A stretch of DNA of 64,000 nt from Alphaproteobacteria bacterium (GTDB lineage: Bacteria; Pseudomonadota; Alphaproteobacteria; SHVV01). The position numbers and the translations under genes were made by a program. Below the pieces are notes generated by a model, which was not told the origin of the DNA, searched no databases, and was given only the letters and a program-made list of their open reading frames with translations. Every line of letters starts with the position of its first letter. Within the stretch, counting starts at the first letter, position 1. Shown here one piece after another: positions 1 through 9,440 of this stretch. The stretch covers positions 386,903-450,902 of the forward strand of contig CBDCYR010000005.1 in NCBI GenBank assembly GCA_965224275.1, read 5' to 3'.

Positions 1-1494
1 AAGCGGACCGGCCGAGCTGTCAAGTGGATGAGCGACCGCAGTGAGGCTTTCAATAGCGACAAGCATGGCCGCGACAACATCACCACCGCCAGCCTGGCGC
101 TCGACGGCGAGGGCCGCATCCTCGCCCTTAAAGTCGAAACCGTCGCCAACATGGGTGCGTATTTGTCGAACGTCGCGCCGATCGTGCCGACCTATGCGAG
201 CCGCGGAATCCAGCTCGGGGCCTATGTCATCCGCACCGCACTGGTGGCAGTAAAGGGCGTGTATACCAATACGGTGTCGGTCGATGCCTATCGCGGCGCG
301 GGTCGGCCGGAGGCGATCTACCTTATCGAGCGGGTCGTCAACGCGGCCGCGACCGCCCTCGACATGGATCCCGCCGAGTTTCGCCGTCGCAACCTCGTAC
401 CGACGTCGGCGATTCCCTACAACAACCCGCTCGGGTTGCTCTATGACAGCGGCGAATTCGAGCAGGTGATGGATCTGGCGCGCGAAAGCGCCGACTGGGA
501 GGGCGCCGCGACCCGACGCGCTGAAGTGCAGGCGCGCGGCGGTCTGCACGGGATCGGTATGTCCTACTATGTGGAAAAATGTGGCGATCCCGCGATCGGC
601 GACGAAACCGCGGCGCTCAGCGTCGAACCCGAAGGCATCGTCGGCATCCGCATCGGCACGCAGGCAAGTGGGCAGGGGCACGAGACAGCCTACGCACAGC
701 TGATTGAGGACATGCTGGGGGTGCCGTTTGCGAACGTCGAGGTTCGTCAAGGCGATACCGTGCCGGGCGTGATGGGTGGCGGTAGTGGCGGCTCACGCTC
801 GCTAATGGTCGGCGGCAGCGCCATCAAGCTCGCCGTCGACGAACTGGTCCGCAAAGGAACGACCGCTGCTGCCGACCTCCTCGAGGCCGCAGCCGCGGAC
901 ATCGAGTTCGCTGATGGGTCGTTCGTCGTCAGCGGCACCGATCGTGGCATCAGCTTGTTCGACCTGGCCGCGCAGCTCCACGAATCACCGGGTGTCGATG
1001 CCTTTTCGGCGGAAGCCACATTCATGCCCGAGGCTTCCTCGATCCCCAACGGCTGTCATATCTGTGAAGTTGAAATCGACCCCGACACGGGGTCGTGCGC
1101 TGTCGTCGCCTACGTCGTCGTCGACGATTTCGGCCGTATCATCAATCCGCTGCTTGCCGAGGGACAGGTGCACGGCGGAGTTGCCCAAGGGATTGGGCAG
1201 GCGCTGATGGAAGAGGCAGTATTCGATAGCGAGGGACAGTTGCTTTCCGGGTCGTTCATGGACTACGCCATACCGCGCGCAACCGACCTTCTGAACATTC
1301 AAACGTCGTTTCATGAAGTACCGACGCCCAACAACCCGCTCGGCGTCAAAGGCGCCGGCGAATCGGGCGCCATCGCCGCGCCGCCGGCGGTTATGAACGC
1401 CGTGGCCGATGCGCTCCGCGACTACGGGCCGTTTACGATCGATATGCCGGCGACGCCCGAGAAGATCTGGCGCACTATCGCACGCGCGCTCTAG
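1..1494 (+). CDS. Xanthine dehydrogenase / CoxL-family molybdopterin-binding hydroxylase large subunit, C-terminal ~490 aa; 5' end lies upstream of the window
   Basis: Frame is open from base 1. Translation (YRGAGRPEAIYLIERVV..., GGGSGGSRS, C-terminal dimerisation region) matches the Mo-hydroxylase large-subunit family. Stop at 1492-1494. Confidence 0.75.
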   Translation, partial: KRTGRAVKWMSDRSEAFNSDKHGRDNITTASLALDGEGRILALKVETVANMGAYLSNVAPIVPTYASRGIQLGAYVIRTALVAVKGVYTNTVSVDAYRGAGRPEAIYLIERVVNAAATALDMDPAEFRRRNLVPTSAIPYNNPLGLLYDSGEFEQVMDLARESADWEGAATRRAEVQARGGLHGIGMSYYVEKCGDPAIGDETAALSVEPEGIVGIRIGTQASGQGHETAYAQLIEDMLGVPFANVEVRQGDTVPGVMGGGSGGSRSLMVGGSAIKLAVDELVRKGTTAAADLLEAAAADIEFADGSFVVSGTDRGISLFDLAAQLHESPGVDAFSAEATFMPEASSIPNGCHICEVEIDPDTGSCAVVAYVVVDDFGRIINPLLAEGQVHGGVAQGIGQALMEEAVFDSEGQLLSGSFMDYAIPRATDLLNIQTSFHEVPTPNNPLGVKGAGESGAIAAPPAVMNAVADALRDYGPFTIDMPATPEKIWRTIARAL

Positions 1495-1516
1495 CGGCCA
1501 CGCCCAGAGGCACACA

Positions 1517-2310
1517 ATGCCGCTCGCCTCGCTCAGCCTGTGCGACATCTACTACGAAATCCAGGGAGACGGATTTCCCGTCGTGTTTATCGCGGGGCTC
1601 GGCGGTGCCGCCGCTTCGTGGCGTCACCAAATCGAACCCTTTGCCCGCCACTTCAAGGTCATCACATTTGACCAGCGCGGCACCCACCGCAGTGGACCGG
1701 GGCCACTGATTGGCTCGGTCGACGACCTTGCTGCCGACACCATCGCGCTGCTCGATGAGTTGTCGATTTCAAGCGCCCACGTCGTCGGCCATTCGACCGG
1801 CGGCGCTATCGCTCAAACCCTGGCGATCGACTACCCCGATCGCGTTGGCGGCCTTGCACTGTGTGCAACCTGGCCCAAGTCAGACGCGTTTTTTCGTTAC
1901 GTGTTGGGCTTGCGGCTCGACATTCTGCGCACCCAGGGGATCGCCGCCTATCTGCGCTCGACCCCCTTTTTCGTCTACCCTGATTGGTGGATCAACGAAA
2001 ACTGGGACAGCCTCGCCGCCAGCATCGAAGCCGGGATCGCCAACCCGCCCGATATCGATGTGATGGTCTCTCGCATCGAAGCGATTCTCGCTTTCGACCG
2101 CGCGAATAGCCTGGCGCAAATCAATCACCGCACTGTGGTGTTGTGTGCGCGTAACGATATCCTGGTGCCGCCCTACATGGCCGAGGCGCTCAGCTCTGCG
2201 ATACCGGGTGCCGAAAACTTGCGATGCTCGAGCGCGGCGGCCACTCGTCCAACCAAACCACGCCCGATGCTTACAACGAAACCGTGCTCGGGTTCCTCAA
2301 CCGCGTTTGA
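1517..2310 (+). pseudogene. Alpha/beta-fold hydrolase (HGHSTGG nucleophile elbow) with apparent 1-bp deletion/frameshift in an A4 run at ~2213-2217; the conserved C-terminus (..AMLERGGHSSNQTT..FLNRV*) continues in the +2 frame to the stop at 2308-2310
   Basis: ATG at 1517 preceded by AGAGG. GxSxG motif VVGHSTGGAIA. The downstream frame encodes a typical hydrolase C-terminal His region. Could be a genuine pseudogene or a homopolymer sequencing error. Confidence 0.5.
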
Positions 2311-2360
2311 TCAGCGAATTTCACGGTATACTTGGCCGTCCGGCTAAGCTGAGGATAAAT

Positions 2361-3746
2361 ATGGGTCACAACGAGCAAATTGCCCGCAAAGCGTACGGCG
2401 CCTATCACCGCGACAAGACAGGCCATCGTGAAGACGAGGAACTCACCCACGTCGGGCCGGAAACACCGGGTGGCGAATACTTCCGCTGCTTCTGGCACCC
2501 TATCGCGTTAACCACCGACGTCGAAAGCGCGCCGCTACGGTTGCGCATTTTGGGCGAGGATCTGGTCTTGTTTCGCGACCTCGGCGGGCGGTTGGGCCTG
2601 CTCGAACTTCACTGTCCGCACCGCGGCACCTCGCTGGAATTCGGCAAGCTCGATGAAACCGGCATTCGTTGTTGCTATCACGGCTGGCACTTCGACATCG
2701 ACGGCACCATTTTGGAGACGCCGACCCATAGCGACGACAACAGTTTCAAGGATCGGATCTATCACGGTGCCTATCCCGTCCACGAATATGCCGGGATGAT
2801 CTGGGCCTATATGGGCCCGCCCGAGAGCACACCTGATTTTCCAATCTTCGATATCTACGAGAAGCCCGGCGTCACCCACACGGCGTACAAATTCTTTTGG
2901 CCCTGCAATTGGCTACAGATCCGCGAAAACGGTATGGACCCGTTGCACGCCAAATATCTCCACGCCGATGCCGGCCAGAAATTCCCGCCGTCGATGAAGG
3001 TGCTGCCGGTGCTGGATTTTCAGGAATCCCCGCTCGGCATTCTTTACATCTCGGTGCGGCGCATCGGTGAGATGCTTTACCTGCGCCAGAACGAAATCTT
3101 CCTGCCCACCGCCGATTGGGTGAACGGCCTGGAAGATGCCGAGGGTGAGACCGTGTTCGATCGGCGCGGCGGTGGCACTGATTTCGTGGTGCCGATCGAT
3201 GATGCCAATAGCTACTTTTTCATGCTGCTCGATGTCACCCGCGACCAGCACGACACCGGTCTCAATGGCTTGTGGGACCGCGACACCAGCGAGGAAATCG
3301 CGCTCGGCCTCAATGCCTCGATTCCAACCTCCGGCCAACACGGCGACCGGCCCTATGACGAACGTCAGCTCTCGGCCGGCGATTGGGATGCCTGCACCAG
3401 CCAGGGCACTATCCACGGTCATGGCGGCGAGAACCTCGGCATCAGCGACACTGGCGTCGTCAAGTTCCGCAACCTGATCCGCCGCGAGATCGACAAAGTC
3501 AAAAACGGACACGATCCCAAAGGCGTCTACCGCAACACCAACGGCCAGCTGATCCGCACCCACGGCCACAACACCGTGCTGCGCGTGCCCCAGGGCGGCT
3601 CGCCCGAAGCCGACCGCAAGATCTGCCAAGCCCTCTATCGTGAGTTTCTCACCGAAGTGATCGACGGCGACTTGCAGCAAACCCTCCCCGTCGACGAAAA
3701 ATGGCGCATCGCCCGCAAGCTCGTCGAGCGCATCACGGCGGATTAG
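2361..3746 (+). CDS. Rieske [2Fe-2S] non-heme iron oxygenase, alpha-only KshA/phthalate-family type
   Basis: RBS GAGGA then ATG 2361. Rieske motif CPHRG...CCYHGW. Catalytic motif NW..EN..DPLH....H. The ORF track extension 2145-2360 overlaps the upstream hydrolase and is rejected. Confidence 0.8.
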   Translation: MGHNEQIARKAYGAYHRDKTGHREDEELTHVGPETPGGEYFRCFWHPIALTTDVESAPLRLRILGEDLVLFRDLGGRLGLLELHCPHRGTSLEFGKLDETGIRCCYHGWHFDIDGTILETPTHSDDNSFKDRIYHGAYPVHEYAGMIWAYMGPPESTPDFPIFDIYEKPGVTHTAYKFFWPCNWLQIRENGMDPLHAKYLHADAGQKFPPSMKVLPVLDFQESPLGILYISVRRIGEMLYLRQNEIFLPTADWVNGLEDAEGETVFDRRGGGTDFVVPIDDANSYFFMLLDVTRDQHDTGLNGLWDRDTSEEIALGLNASIPTSGQHGDRPYDERQLSAGDWDACTSQGTIHGHGGENLGISDTGVVKFRNLIRREIDKVKNGHDPKGVYRNTNGQLIRTHGHNTVLRVPQGGSPEADRKICQALYREFLTEVIDGDLQQTLPVDEKWRIARKLVERITAD

Positions 3747-3761
3747 TGTTCAGTCGCCAGC

Positions 3762-3849
3762 ATACCCCTCACCCCACCCCTCTCCCACAAGGGGAGAGGG
3801 AGTACATCAGCGCACGGAGAGGTTCCCTCTCCCCCTTGTGGGAGAGGGG
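3762..3849. repeat. REP-like palindromic intergenic element (CCCTCACCCC / CCCTCTCCC-N-GGGAGAGGG units) split by IS256 insertion; remainder at 5244-5270
   Basis: Seen in sequence. Imperfect inverted units CCCCTCTCCCacaaGGGGAGAGGG and CCCTCTCCCccttgtgGGAGAGGGG..GGGTGAGGGGG. Related copies at 20405-20500 and 21945-21992. Confidence 0.5.
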
Positions 3850-5243
3850 GGTTGTGTCTCGAAAGTGGTGGAAATTGGTTTTGGCGCCTCTCCGAGCGGG
3901 TTGAGTTTTGCGGCGGTCAGGCCGCGCGGTCAAGGGTTTCGTCGGCGATTAGCTGATCGAGGGTTTCCCATCCATCGACTTTGCGCATCTGGATTTGGCC
4001 GGAAGCGAGGAGCGCCCAGAGGAGCATCGGCACTGTTTCGGGACACGGCAGCACGGTCTGTGTTTTGATCCGGCGCTTGAACTCCTCGTTGAGACGCTCA
4101 ATGGCGTTGGTCGTTCGGGCTGATTTCCATTGGCTCTTGGACAGGCGCGTGAAGGTAAAGAGCTTGTCGCCCGCTTCTGCGAGGCTGTCCGCGACGGCCC
4201 TGCATTTCAGCCGCCACTTGCGGACAAACGCCTTGCGGCGGGTTTCCACCTCGGAGGCAGTGTCGGCATAGATCATATCGCGGTAATCTTCGCTCAGCTC
4301 GTCATGCATGTGTTTGGGAGCATGACCCAGAAGGTTGCGGTGCTTGTGCACGGTGCAGCGTTGAACGGGAAGGTCATCGCCCCAAAGCGCCGACAGAGCC
4401 GCCTCCAGTCCCGGCGCGCCATCGACGATGACAAACCCGGGCCGTTTCAGTCCACGCGCATCAAGGTCGTCGAGGAACTGGCGCCACGCCGCCTGGCTTT
4501 CTCCGCCCATATTCCCGATCGAAAGCAAGACCTTCTGGCCATCCCGGCGCACCCCTATAGCCGCGAGAACCGAGATGTTGGTGGCCTTGCGATCCAGTCG
4601 GGTCTTGATCACAGTGCCGTCAAGGATCAGCCGAACGATATCCTCATCCGCGAGGCCACGGCTGCACCAGGCGTCCCAATCGACCTTCACCTTGCGCCAC
4701 GCCCGGCTCACAACGTCCTTGCTCACAGCACCCCCGAAGAGCCCGAACAGCGCGCGTTTCACCCGCCGCGTGTTGGTTCCGGACAGATACACCGAAGCGA
4801 TCAGCGCCTCGGCCTTTCTGGTCAGCCGCTGGTAGCGCGGCAGCGCCCGCGAACGCCATTCCGACGCCCGACCGTCTTCCTCAACGATCCGTGCACGCGG
4901 CACGCTCACCCTCTCGGTCCCGAATGTCCCCGTCAGTTGCCGCTCCCGGTGCCCGTTCCGATACCCTTGCCGAAGCGCGTCCTCTCGACCGTATCGGCAG
5001 CGCCCGAGAAACTGCGCAAGTTCCTCCTCAAAAACGGCCTCGATCGTGGATCTGATGTTCTCCCGCAGCCGGTCCTCGAGCGGATCATAGCCGGCGTCAT
5101 TGGCCAGTAGCGAAAGCGCAGAAGTCTCGGTAGTGTTCTTCATGGCGTGATCTCCTTGGCGGTGCTAGCCGCCGGTTGGGTGGTTGTCTTGTCACCCGGA
5201 GATTACGCCATCCTCAAATTTCCACCACTTTCGAGACACAGCC
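3850..5243 (-). mobile_element. IS256-family insertion sequence, copy A (1394 bp), terminal IRs GG(T/C)TGTGTCTCGAAAGTGGTGGAAATT, 8-bp TSD GAGAGGGG
   Basis: Imperfect terminal inverted repeats at both ends. Identical flanking 8-mers GAGAGGGG at 3842-3849 and 5244-5251. Near-identical second copy at 53960-55353. Confidence 0.85.
3917..5143 (-). CDS. IS256-family (mutator-type) transposase, 408 aa
   Basis: Translation has the IS256 transposase architecture and DDE region. Differs from copy B by about 1 aa (S/C). Confidence 0.9.
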   Translation of the reverse strand: MKNTTETSALSLLANDAGYDPLEDRLRENIRSTIEAVFEEELAQFLGRCRYGREDALRQGYRNGHRERQLTGTFGTERVSVPRARIVEEDGRASEWRSRALPRYQRLTRKAEALIASVYLSGTNTRRVKRALFGLFGGAVSKDVVSRAWRKVKVDWDAWCSRGLADEDIVRLILDGTVIKTRLDRKATNISVLAAIGVRRDGQKVLLSIGNMGGESQAAWRQFLDDLDARGLKRPGFVIVDGAPGLEAALSALWGDDLPVQRCTVHKHRNLLGHAPKHMHDELSEDYRDMIYADTASEVETRRKAFVRKWRLKCRAVADSLAEAGDKLFTFTRLSKSQWKSARTTNAIERLNEEFKRRIKTQTVLPCPETVPMLLWALLASGQIQMRKVDGWETLDQLIADETLDRAA

Positions 5244-5281
5244 GAGAGGGGTAGGGTGAGGGGGTTTGTTTGTTCCTAGTA

Positions 5282-5827
5282 TCACTGATTCTCAAAAGCT
5301 CCAGCACCCACCCCCGCCAGCCGCTTGCGTAGCGTTGGCATCCAGCCGCCATTTTCGATGATCGTCAGCAATGCCGCATCGAGCGGTGGATAGTTGATCT
5401 CGCTGCCTCGGCTCACATTGCGAAACGTTCCGGTCCGAAAGTCGACGTCGAGTTCATCGCCGTCGGCCGCTTCATCGGCAACACCAGGACAGGCCGGCAG
5501 GATCGGCACCGCGCAGTTGATCGCGTTGCGAAAACTGCCGCGTGGGATCGATTCGACGACCAGGCCGAGCCCAAGGCCGGCGATTCCGATCAAGCCCTGA
5601 ATGTGCGGGTTGCCTTGCGCGAAGCGCCTGCCCGCAACAATGATGTCTCCCGGCGACACGTTCTTAGGAAAGTCGGGATCGAGACCGCACATGACGTGAT
5701 CGCGCAACACCTCCGGATCGGTTTCCCGCGCGATTGCAAAATGCAACGGCATGATGTCGCCGTCGATCGCGACATTGTCGCCGAAGTGCCAACAGCGGCC
5801 GCGATAGGTGAAGGTCACGGTTGCCAC
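5282..5827 (-). CDS. Aconitase-family small subunit (LeuD-like swivel domain; 3-isopropylmalate/dimethylmalate dehydratase small subunit-like)
   Basis: Motifs WHFGDNVAIDGDIMP and GxNFGxGSSRE-like core. Probable GTG start at ~5827, directly after the large-subunit stop (coupled). The longest ORF would start at 5878 but overlaps the large subunit by 47 bp. Confidence 0.6.
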   Translation of the reverse strand: MATVTFTYRGRCWHFGDNVAIDGDIMPLHFAIARETDPEVLRDHVMCGLDPDFPKNVSPGDIIVAGRRFAQGNPHIQGLIGIAGLGLGLVVESIPRGSFRNAINCAVPILPACPGVADEAADGDELDVDFRTGTFRNVSRGSEINYPPLDAALLTIIENGGWMPTLRKRLAGVGAGAFENQ

Positions 5828-5831
5828 CGCT

Positions 5832-7118
5832 TCAGTCCCCACCAAGCATGTCGCGGGGATCGACGATCTCGCCGGCAACCGCGGACGCCGCCACCGTCAG
5901 CGGACTCGCGAGATAAATATCTGCATCATTGGGGCCCAGCCGTCCGGGATCGTTGCGGGTTCCGGTATTGATCGAAACTTCGCCCGATGCCAGCGGCGCC
6001 ACCCGCCCGCCGGCGCAGGGGCCGCACCCCGGCGCGGTGAGGATCGCCCCGGCATCGACCAGCGTCTGCAGTAGCCCCTCATCCGCCGCACGGCGCCAGA
6101 TTTCCTGGGTTCCGGGGGTCACGAACAGGCGCACGCGGGGATGGATCACGCGGTTTGCGAGAATCGAGGCGGTATCGCGGATATCGTTCAACAGGCTCGA
6201 TGCACATGAGCCAACAAACGCATGGTGCACCGCCGTGCCGGCAACCTCGGATACCCCGACCACGTTGTCCGGCCGCGGTGGCGCCGCGACCTGCGGTTCG
6301 AGCAGGTTGACATCGTAACCGCCGCGCCACAGGAACGACGCATCGTCGTCGCTATAAGCGGGATCGAGATCACCGTCGATCCGGTCTTGCAAGTAGGCCA
6401 ACACAGCGTCGTCGGGCTCAACCAATACCGATTTCGCACCCAAATCGATCGGTGTATTGCACAACGTGAATCTTGCGTCGAGATCGATATCGGCCAGCGC
6501 GGCGCCCGCGAACTCAACCACCGTGTAGTCGACCAGGTCAGCATCGAAGTCGGCGATCAGCCGTTGCGCGACATCACGAATTGAGATCCCCGGTGTCATG
6601 CGGCCGGTAAGTTCGATGCGAACGGTTTCGGGCACCCGCAACCAGGCCGACCCACACGCCAACACCTCCGAGATTTCGACCAGCATCGCGATCCCAAGTG
6701 CACCCACGGCGCCGTAATTGGGGACGTGGGTGTCGTAGCCGGCCACGAACATGCCCGGTCGCACAAAGCCGAGTTCAACCGGGAAGACGTGCCCATGGCC
6801 GCCGCGGCCGACGTCGAAATGATTGTCGATACCAAACCGCGCCGCGATCTCGCGCACCTGTTTCTGCCGTTCGGCCGCTTGCGGTGAAACCGCGGTCGGC
6901 TCGTGATCGGTCACCAGCACCACTTTTTCGGGCGCGAACAGCTCGTCGACCCCTAACTCGTCAAGCGCTTTTGCGAAATTGACGACGTACCAGTCGTGGA
7001 CCGTGATCAACTCGGGTTCGGGAAACACGATATCGCCGGCCGCCGCATCGGTGCCGAGCACCCGCGATAGAATTTTCTCGGTCGCTGTCTGAGGCATGTC
7101 AGCGCCCGTACGGCTCAC
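5832..7118 (-). CDS. Aconitase-family large subunit (LeuC-like dehydratase large subunit)
   Basis: 428 aa with aconitase-family features (GSCASS, CGPCAG Fe-S ligand region). ATGA overlap with the upstream lyase gene. Confidence 0.8.
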   Translation of the reverse strand: MSRTGADMPQTATEKILSRVLGTDAAAGDIVFPEPELITVHDWYVVNFAKALDELGVDELFAPEKVVLVTDHEPTAVSPQAAERQKQVREIAARFGIDNHFDVGRGGHGHVFPVELGFVRPGMFVAGYDTHVPNYGAVGALGIAMLVEISEVLACGSAWLRVPETVRIELTGRMTPGISIRDVAQRLIADFDADLVDYTVVEFAGAALADIDLDARFTLCNTPIDLGAKSVLVEPDDAVLAYLQDRIDGDLDPAYSDDDASFLWRGGYDVNLLEPQVAAPPRPDNVVGVSEVAGTAVHHAFVGSCASSLLNDIRDTASILANRVIHPRVRLFVTPGTQEIWRRAADEGLLQTLVDAGAILTAPGCGPCAGGRVAPLASGEVSINTGTRNDPGRLGPNDADIYLASPLTVAASAVAGEIVDPRDMLGGD

Positions 7119-7984
7119 GCCTCGTAGCGTTCGTTCAATTCGAAATAGGCGTCGACGTCGACCAGACCGTCACGTTCGCCGGCCGATGCCAGTTGGTTCT
7201 TCATCGCGGCGCTGTGGCCATCGCGCTTGATCGTCGCCAAGACGTCAGCCATGGCTCGGATCGCGGCGCGTTGCACGTCGGCCGGATAGAGAATCATGCG
7301 ATAGCCGAGCGCACCGAGCTCCGCCGGCGGCATCACTGGTTCTTCACCGCCGCCACCGATATTGAACATCTTTGGCTCCGGAATCAGTGCCGCCAGCTCC
7401 TTGATCTCGGTCTTCGTGTGAATCGCTTCCACAAACACCATATCGGCGCCGGCGTCGAGATAGGCCCGCGACCGTTCGACCGCCGCGTCGAAGCCCTCAA
7501 CCTTGAGCGCGTCGGTACGGGCGATGATCAGAAGATCTTCGTTAACCCGGGCGTCGACAGCCGCCTTGATCTTGCCGCTCATTTCTTGGGTATTGATTAC
7601 CGCGAGATCATCGTAGAGCCCGCAGCGTTTGGGGAAATCTTGATCTTCGAGATGCAGACCGGCAACCCCGACGCGCTCAAACTCCATCACCGTGCGTCGC
7701 ACGTTGAGCGCATTGCCGTAGCCGGTGTCGGCGTCGGCCACCACTGGGATATCGGCGCTTTGGACGATCGTGGCGATACGACCGACCATCTCACTGAGAT
7801 CGACCAGGCCCAGATCGGGAAAGCCAAGACCCCGAGCGATCGAGCCGCCGCTGGCATGCGCACAGTCGAAACCCGCATCGGCAATCAACCGCGCCGACGT
7901 CGCGTCAAACGCGCTCGGCGCCAGCACCGCACCATCAGCAATCAATCGCCGCAATGTCGCAGCTCTGTTGGTCGAACCGTTCAT
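7115..7984 (-). CDS. Isocitrate lyase / PEP mutase superfamily enzyme (methylisocitrate lyase or 2,3-dimethylmalate lyase-like)
   Basis: Family-typical signature KRCGLYDDLAVINTQEM plus VEAIH.. region. Likely start at MNGSTNR (about 7984), not the ORF-track start at 8140. Confidence 0.7.
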   Translation of the reverse strand: MNGSTNRAATLRRLIADGAVLAPSAFDATSARLIADAGFDCAHASGGSIARGLGFPDLGLVDLSEMVGRIATIVQSADIPVVADADTGYGNALNVRRTVMEFERVGVAGLHLEDQDFPKRCGLYDDLAVINTQEMSGKIKAAVDARVNEDLLIIARTDALKVEGFDAAVERSRAYLDAGADMVFVEAIHTKTEIKELAALIPEPKMFNIGGGGEEPVMPPAELGALGYRMILYPADVQRAAIRAMADVLATIKRDGHSAAMKNQLASAGERDGLVDVDAYFELNERYEA

Positions 7985-8031
7985 CGCAAGTTGCCTAGCA
8001 CCAATCTTCAGATATTGGTCGAAACGACCCC

Positions 8032-9048
8032 TCACCCAACCGCAGAGCGCTGGTCTTCGGGAATCACTTCGCCCTTGACCACCATCGGCTCGTTGTCGAG
8101 ATAAACCGAACAATTGCGCATCGGGATATCGAGATGACACAGCGTATCGCGCGTGCCTCCGGCATCGTCGTTGGGCCCGGTTGAGAACATGAAATTGCCC
8201 AGGAAGGCACGGCCGTCATTGCCGTTGGTCTGCTGTTTGTCCAGCATCCCCAACGCTGTCCATTTGGCGCGTGGCTGTAAGCCCCACCCCACATGCGACA
8301 TCGCAAACCCATCGCGATCGTTATAGCTTTCGATAAACTCGCGCATGTAGTTGGCGTCGAAATCACCTGATATTTCAGTTATGTAGCCGTTTTCGAAGTC
8401 CACTCGGATGGGCGTCTGCACGTATGATTTGAACGGGAAGATGATGTCGCCGCGATCGATCACGATGGTGCCACGGGCGGTGGTTTCGTTCGGCCAGGTG
8501 GCGACGAACCCGGCGGGCCAGTGGTCCCAGTGCCCGGGTTCATCCGCATAGCCGTATTCATATAGAACCGGGTATTCCCCCAGATCGCATTCGAAAGCGG
8601 TGCCGGCTTCGGATTCAACCCGCATGGTCTTGGCGGCCTCGATCCGTTTACCCGCCGCTTGGACGCGCTGCTTGTCTTCTTCTTGCGGCATCATGCGCGC
8701 CAACGCTTCGGGGGGTTCGGTGACGTAGAGAATGCGTGTGCCGGCCGCCAGCACGTGCGGGCGCTCGCCGCCGCGCTGGAGGTGGAGCCCAACCAGATCG
8801 ACGACCAGATCGGCTTGGCGCATCGCCTCCATCGCGACGCCGTTGTCGCGTAGCCGCGTCTTACCGATATGCGGCTCCATATGCACCGCCTTGGCGCCGA
8901 TCTCGATGCAGGCGTTGTAGGCCGCTTTAACGTTCTCGGGCCGCGCCTCGGGTTTGGTCAAGACGACAACAGTCTCTTGTTCGTTGACGTTGCATAGGCG
9001 CAGGACCTCCGCCCACATCGATATCTGTTGCGACTCGCTGAGTGCCAT
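8032..9048 (-). CDS. M29-aminopeptidase-fold protein, NicX-like (candidate Fe(II)-dependent 2,5-dihydroxypyridine 5,6-dioxygenase)
   Basis: 338 aa; blocks EYGYADEPGHWDHWPAGF, HVGWGLQPRAKWTA, FLGNFMFSTGPN, CHLDIPMRNC resemble what I remember of NicX/M29 family. Assignment is by recollection, not a search. Confidence 0.4.
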   Translation of the reverse strand: MALSESQQISMWAEVLRLCNVNEQETVVVLTKPEARPENVKAAYNACIEIGAKAVHMEPHIGKTRLRDNGVAMEAMRQADLVVDLVGLHLQRGGERPHVLAAGTRILYVTEPPEALARMMPQEEDKQRVQAAGKRIEAAKTMRVESEAGTAFECDLGEYPVLYEYGYADEPGHWDHWPAGFVATWPNETTARGTIVIDRGDIIFPFKSYVQTPIRVDFENGYITEISGDFDANYMREFIESYNDRDGFAMSHVGWGLQPRAKWTALGMLDKQQTNGNDGRAFLGNFMFSTGPNDDAGGTRDTLCHLDIPMRNCSVYLDNEPMVVKGEVIPEDQRSAVG

Positions 9049-9081
9049 CGATCAGTCCCTGTCGTTCATCGGGCCGAACCG

Positions 9082-9378
9082 CTAATCCATGCCCTCGAAA
9101 ACGCGGATATCGCGCACCACCGAATCGTCGCCGAGTTTTTCGAGCGCGGCTTGGTAGCCATCACTGGAATAAGCGGCAACCGCGGCATCGAAACTCTCAA
9201 ACTCAAGCAACACGGTGCGTTCGTTCTTGCCCGCTTCGAACGCTTGCACGCGGCCACCGCGGGCCAGGATCTTGCCGCCGGCTGCCTGAATGGCGGGACC
9301 CGCGAGCTTGGCATATTCCGCCAGTGCATCCGGTTTGGAGATCGAGTGATAGGCCGAGATCCAGTATCCTTTAGCCAT
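9082..9378 (-). CDS. DUF1330-family small protein
   Basis: 98 aa; N-terminus MAKGYWISAYH..., typical of DUF1330. Confidence 0.55.
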   Translation of the reverse strand: MAKGYWISAYHSISKPDALAEYAKLAGPAIQAAGGKILARGGRVQAFEAGKNERTVLLEFESFDAAVAAYSSDGYQAALEKLGDDSVVRDIRVFEGMD

Positions 9379-9440
9379 GTTTTTCCTCCCTAGTTGATAT
9401 CGTAAACCTTAGCACGGCTGCGCTTGCAGAACGCAGCCCC

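Noticed and set aside
2145-2360. N-terminal extension of the Rieske oxygenase ORF (ORF track start 2145)
   Set aside because: Overlaps the 3' end of the hydrolase gene. A GAGGA RBS sits immediately before ATG 2361. The extension translation is Arg-rich junk.
4130-5110. 326-aa ORF antisense to the IS256 transposase (also 54093-55073), and 192-aa ORFs antisense to every IS5 transposase (e.g. 25863-26441)
   Set aside because: Mirror-strand ORFs inside bona fide transposase genes in high-GC DNA. No RBS, and low-complexity Ala/Arg/Pro-rich translation. Treated as GC-skewed frame artefacts.
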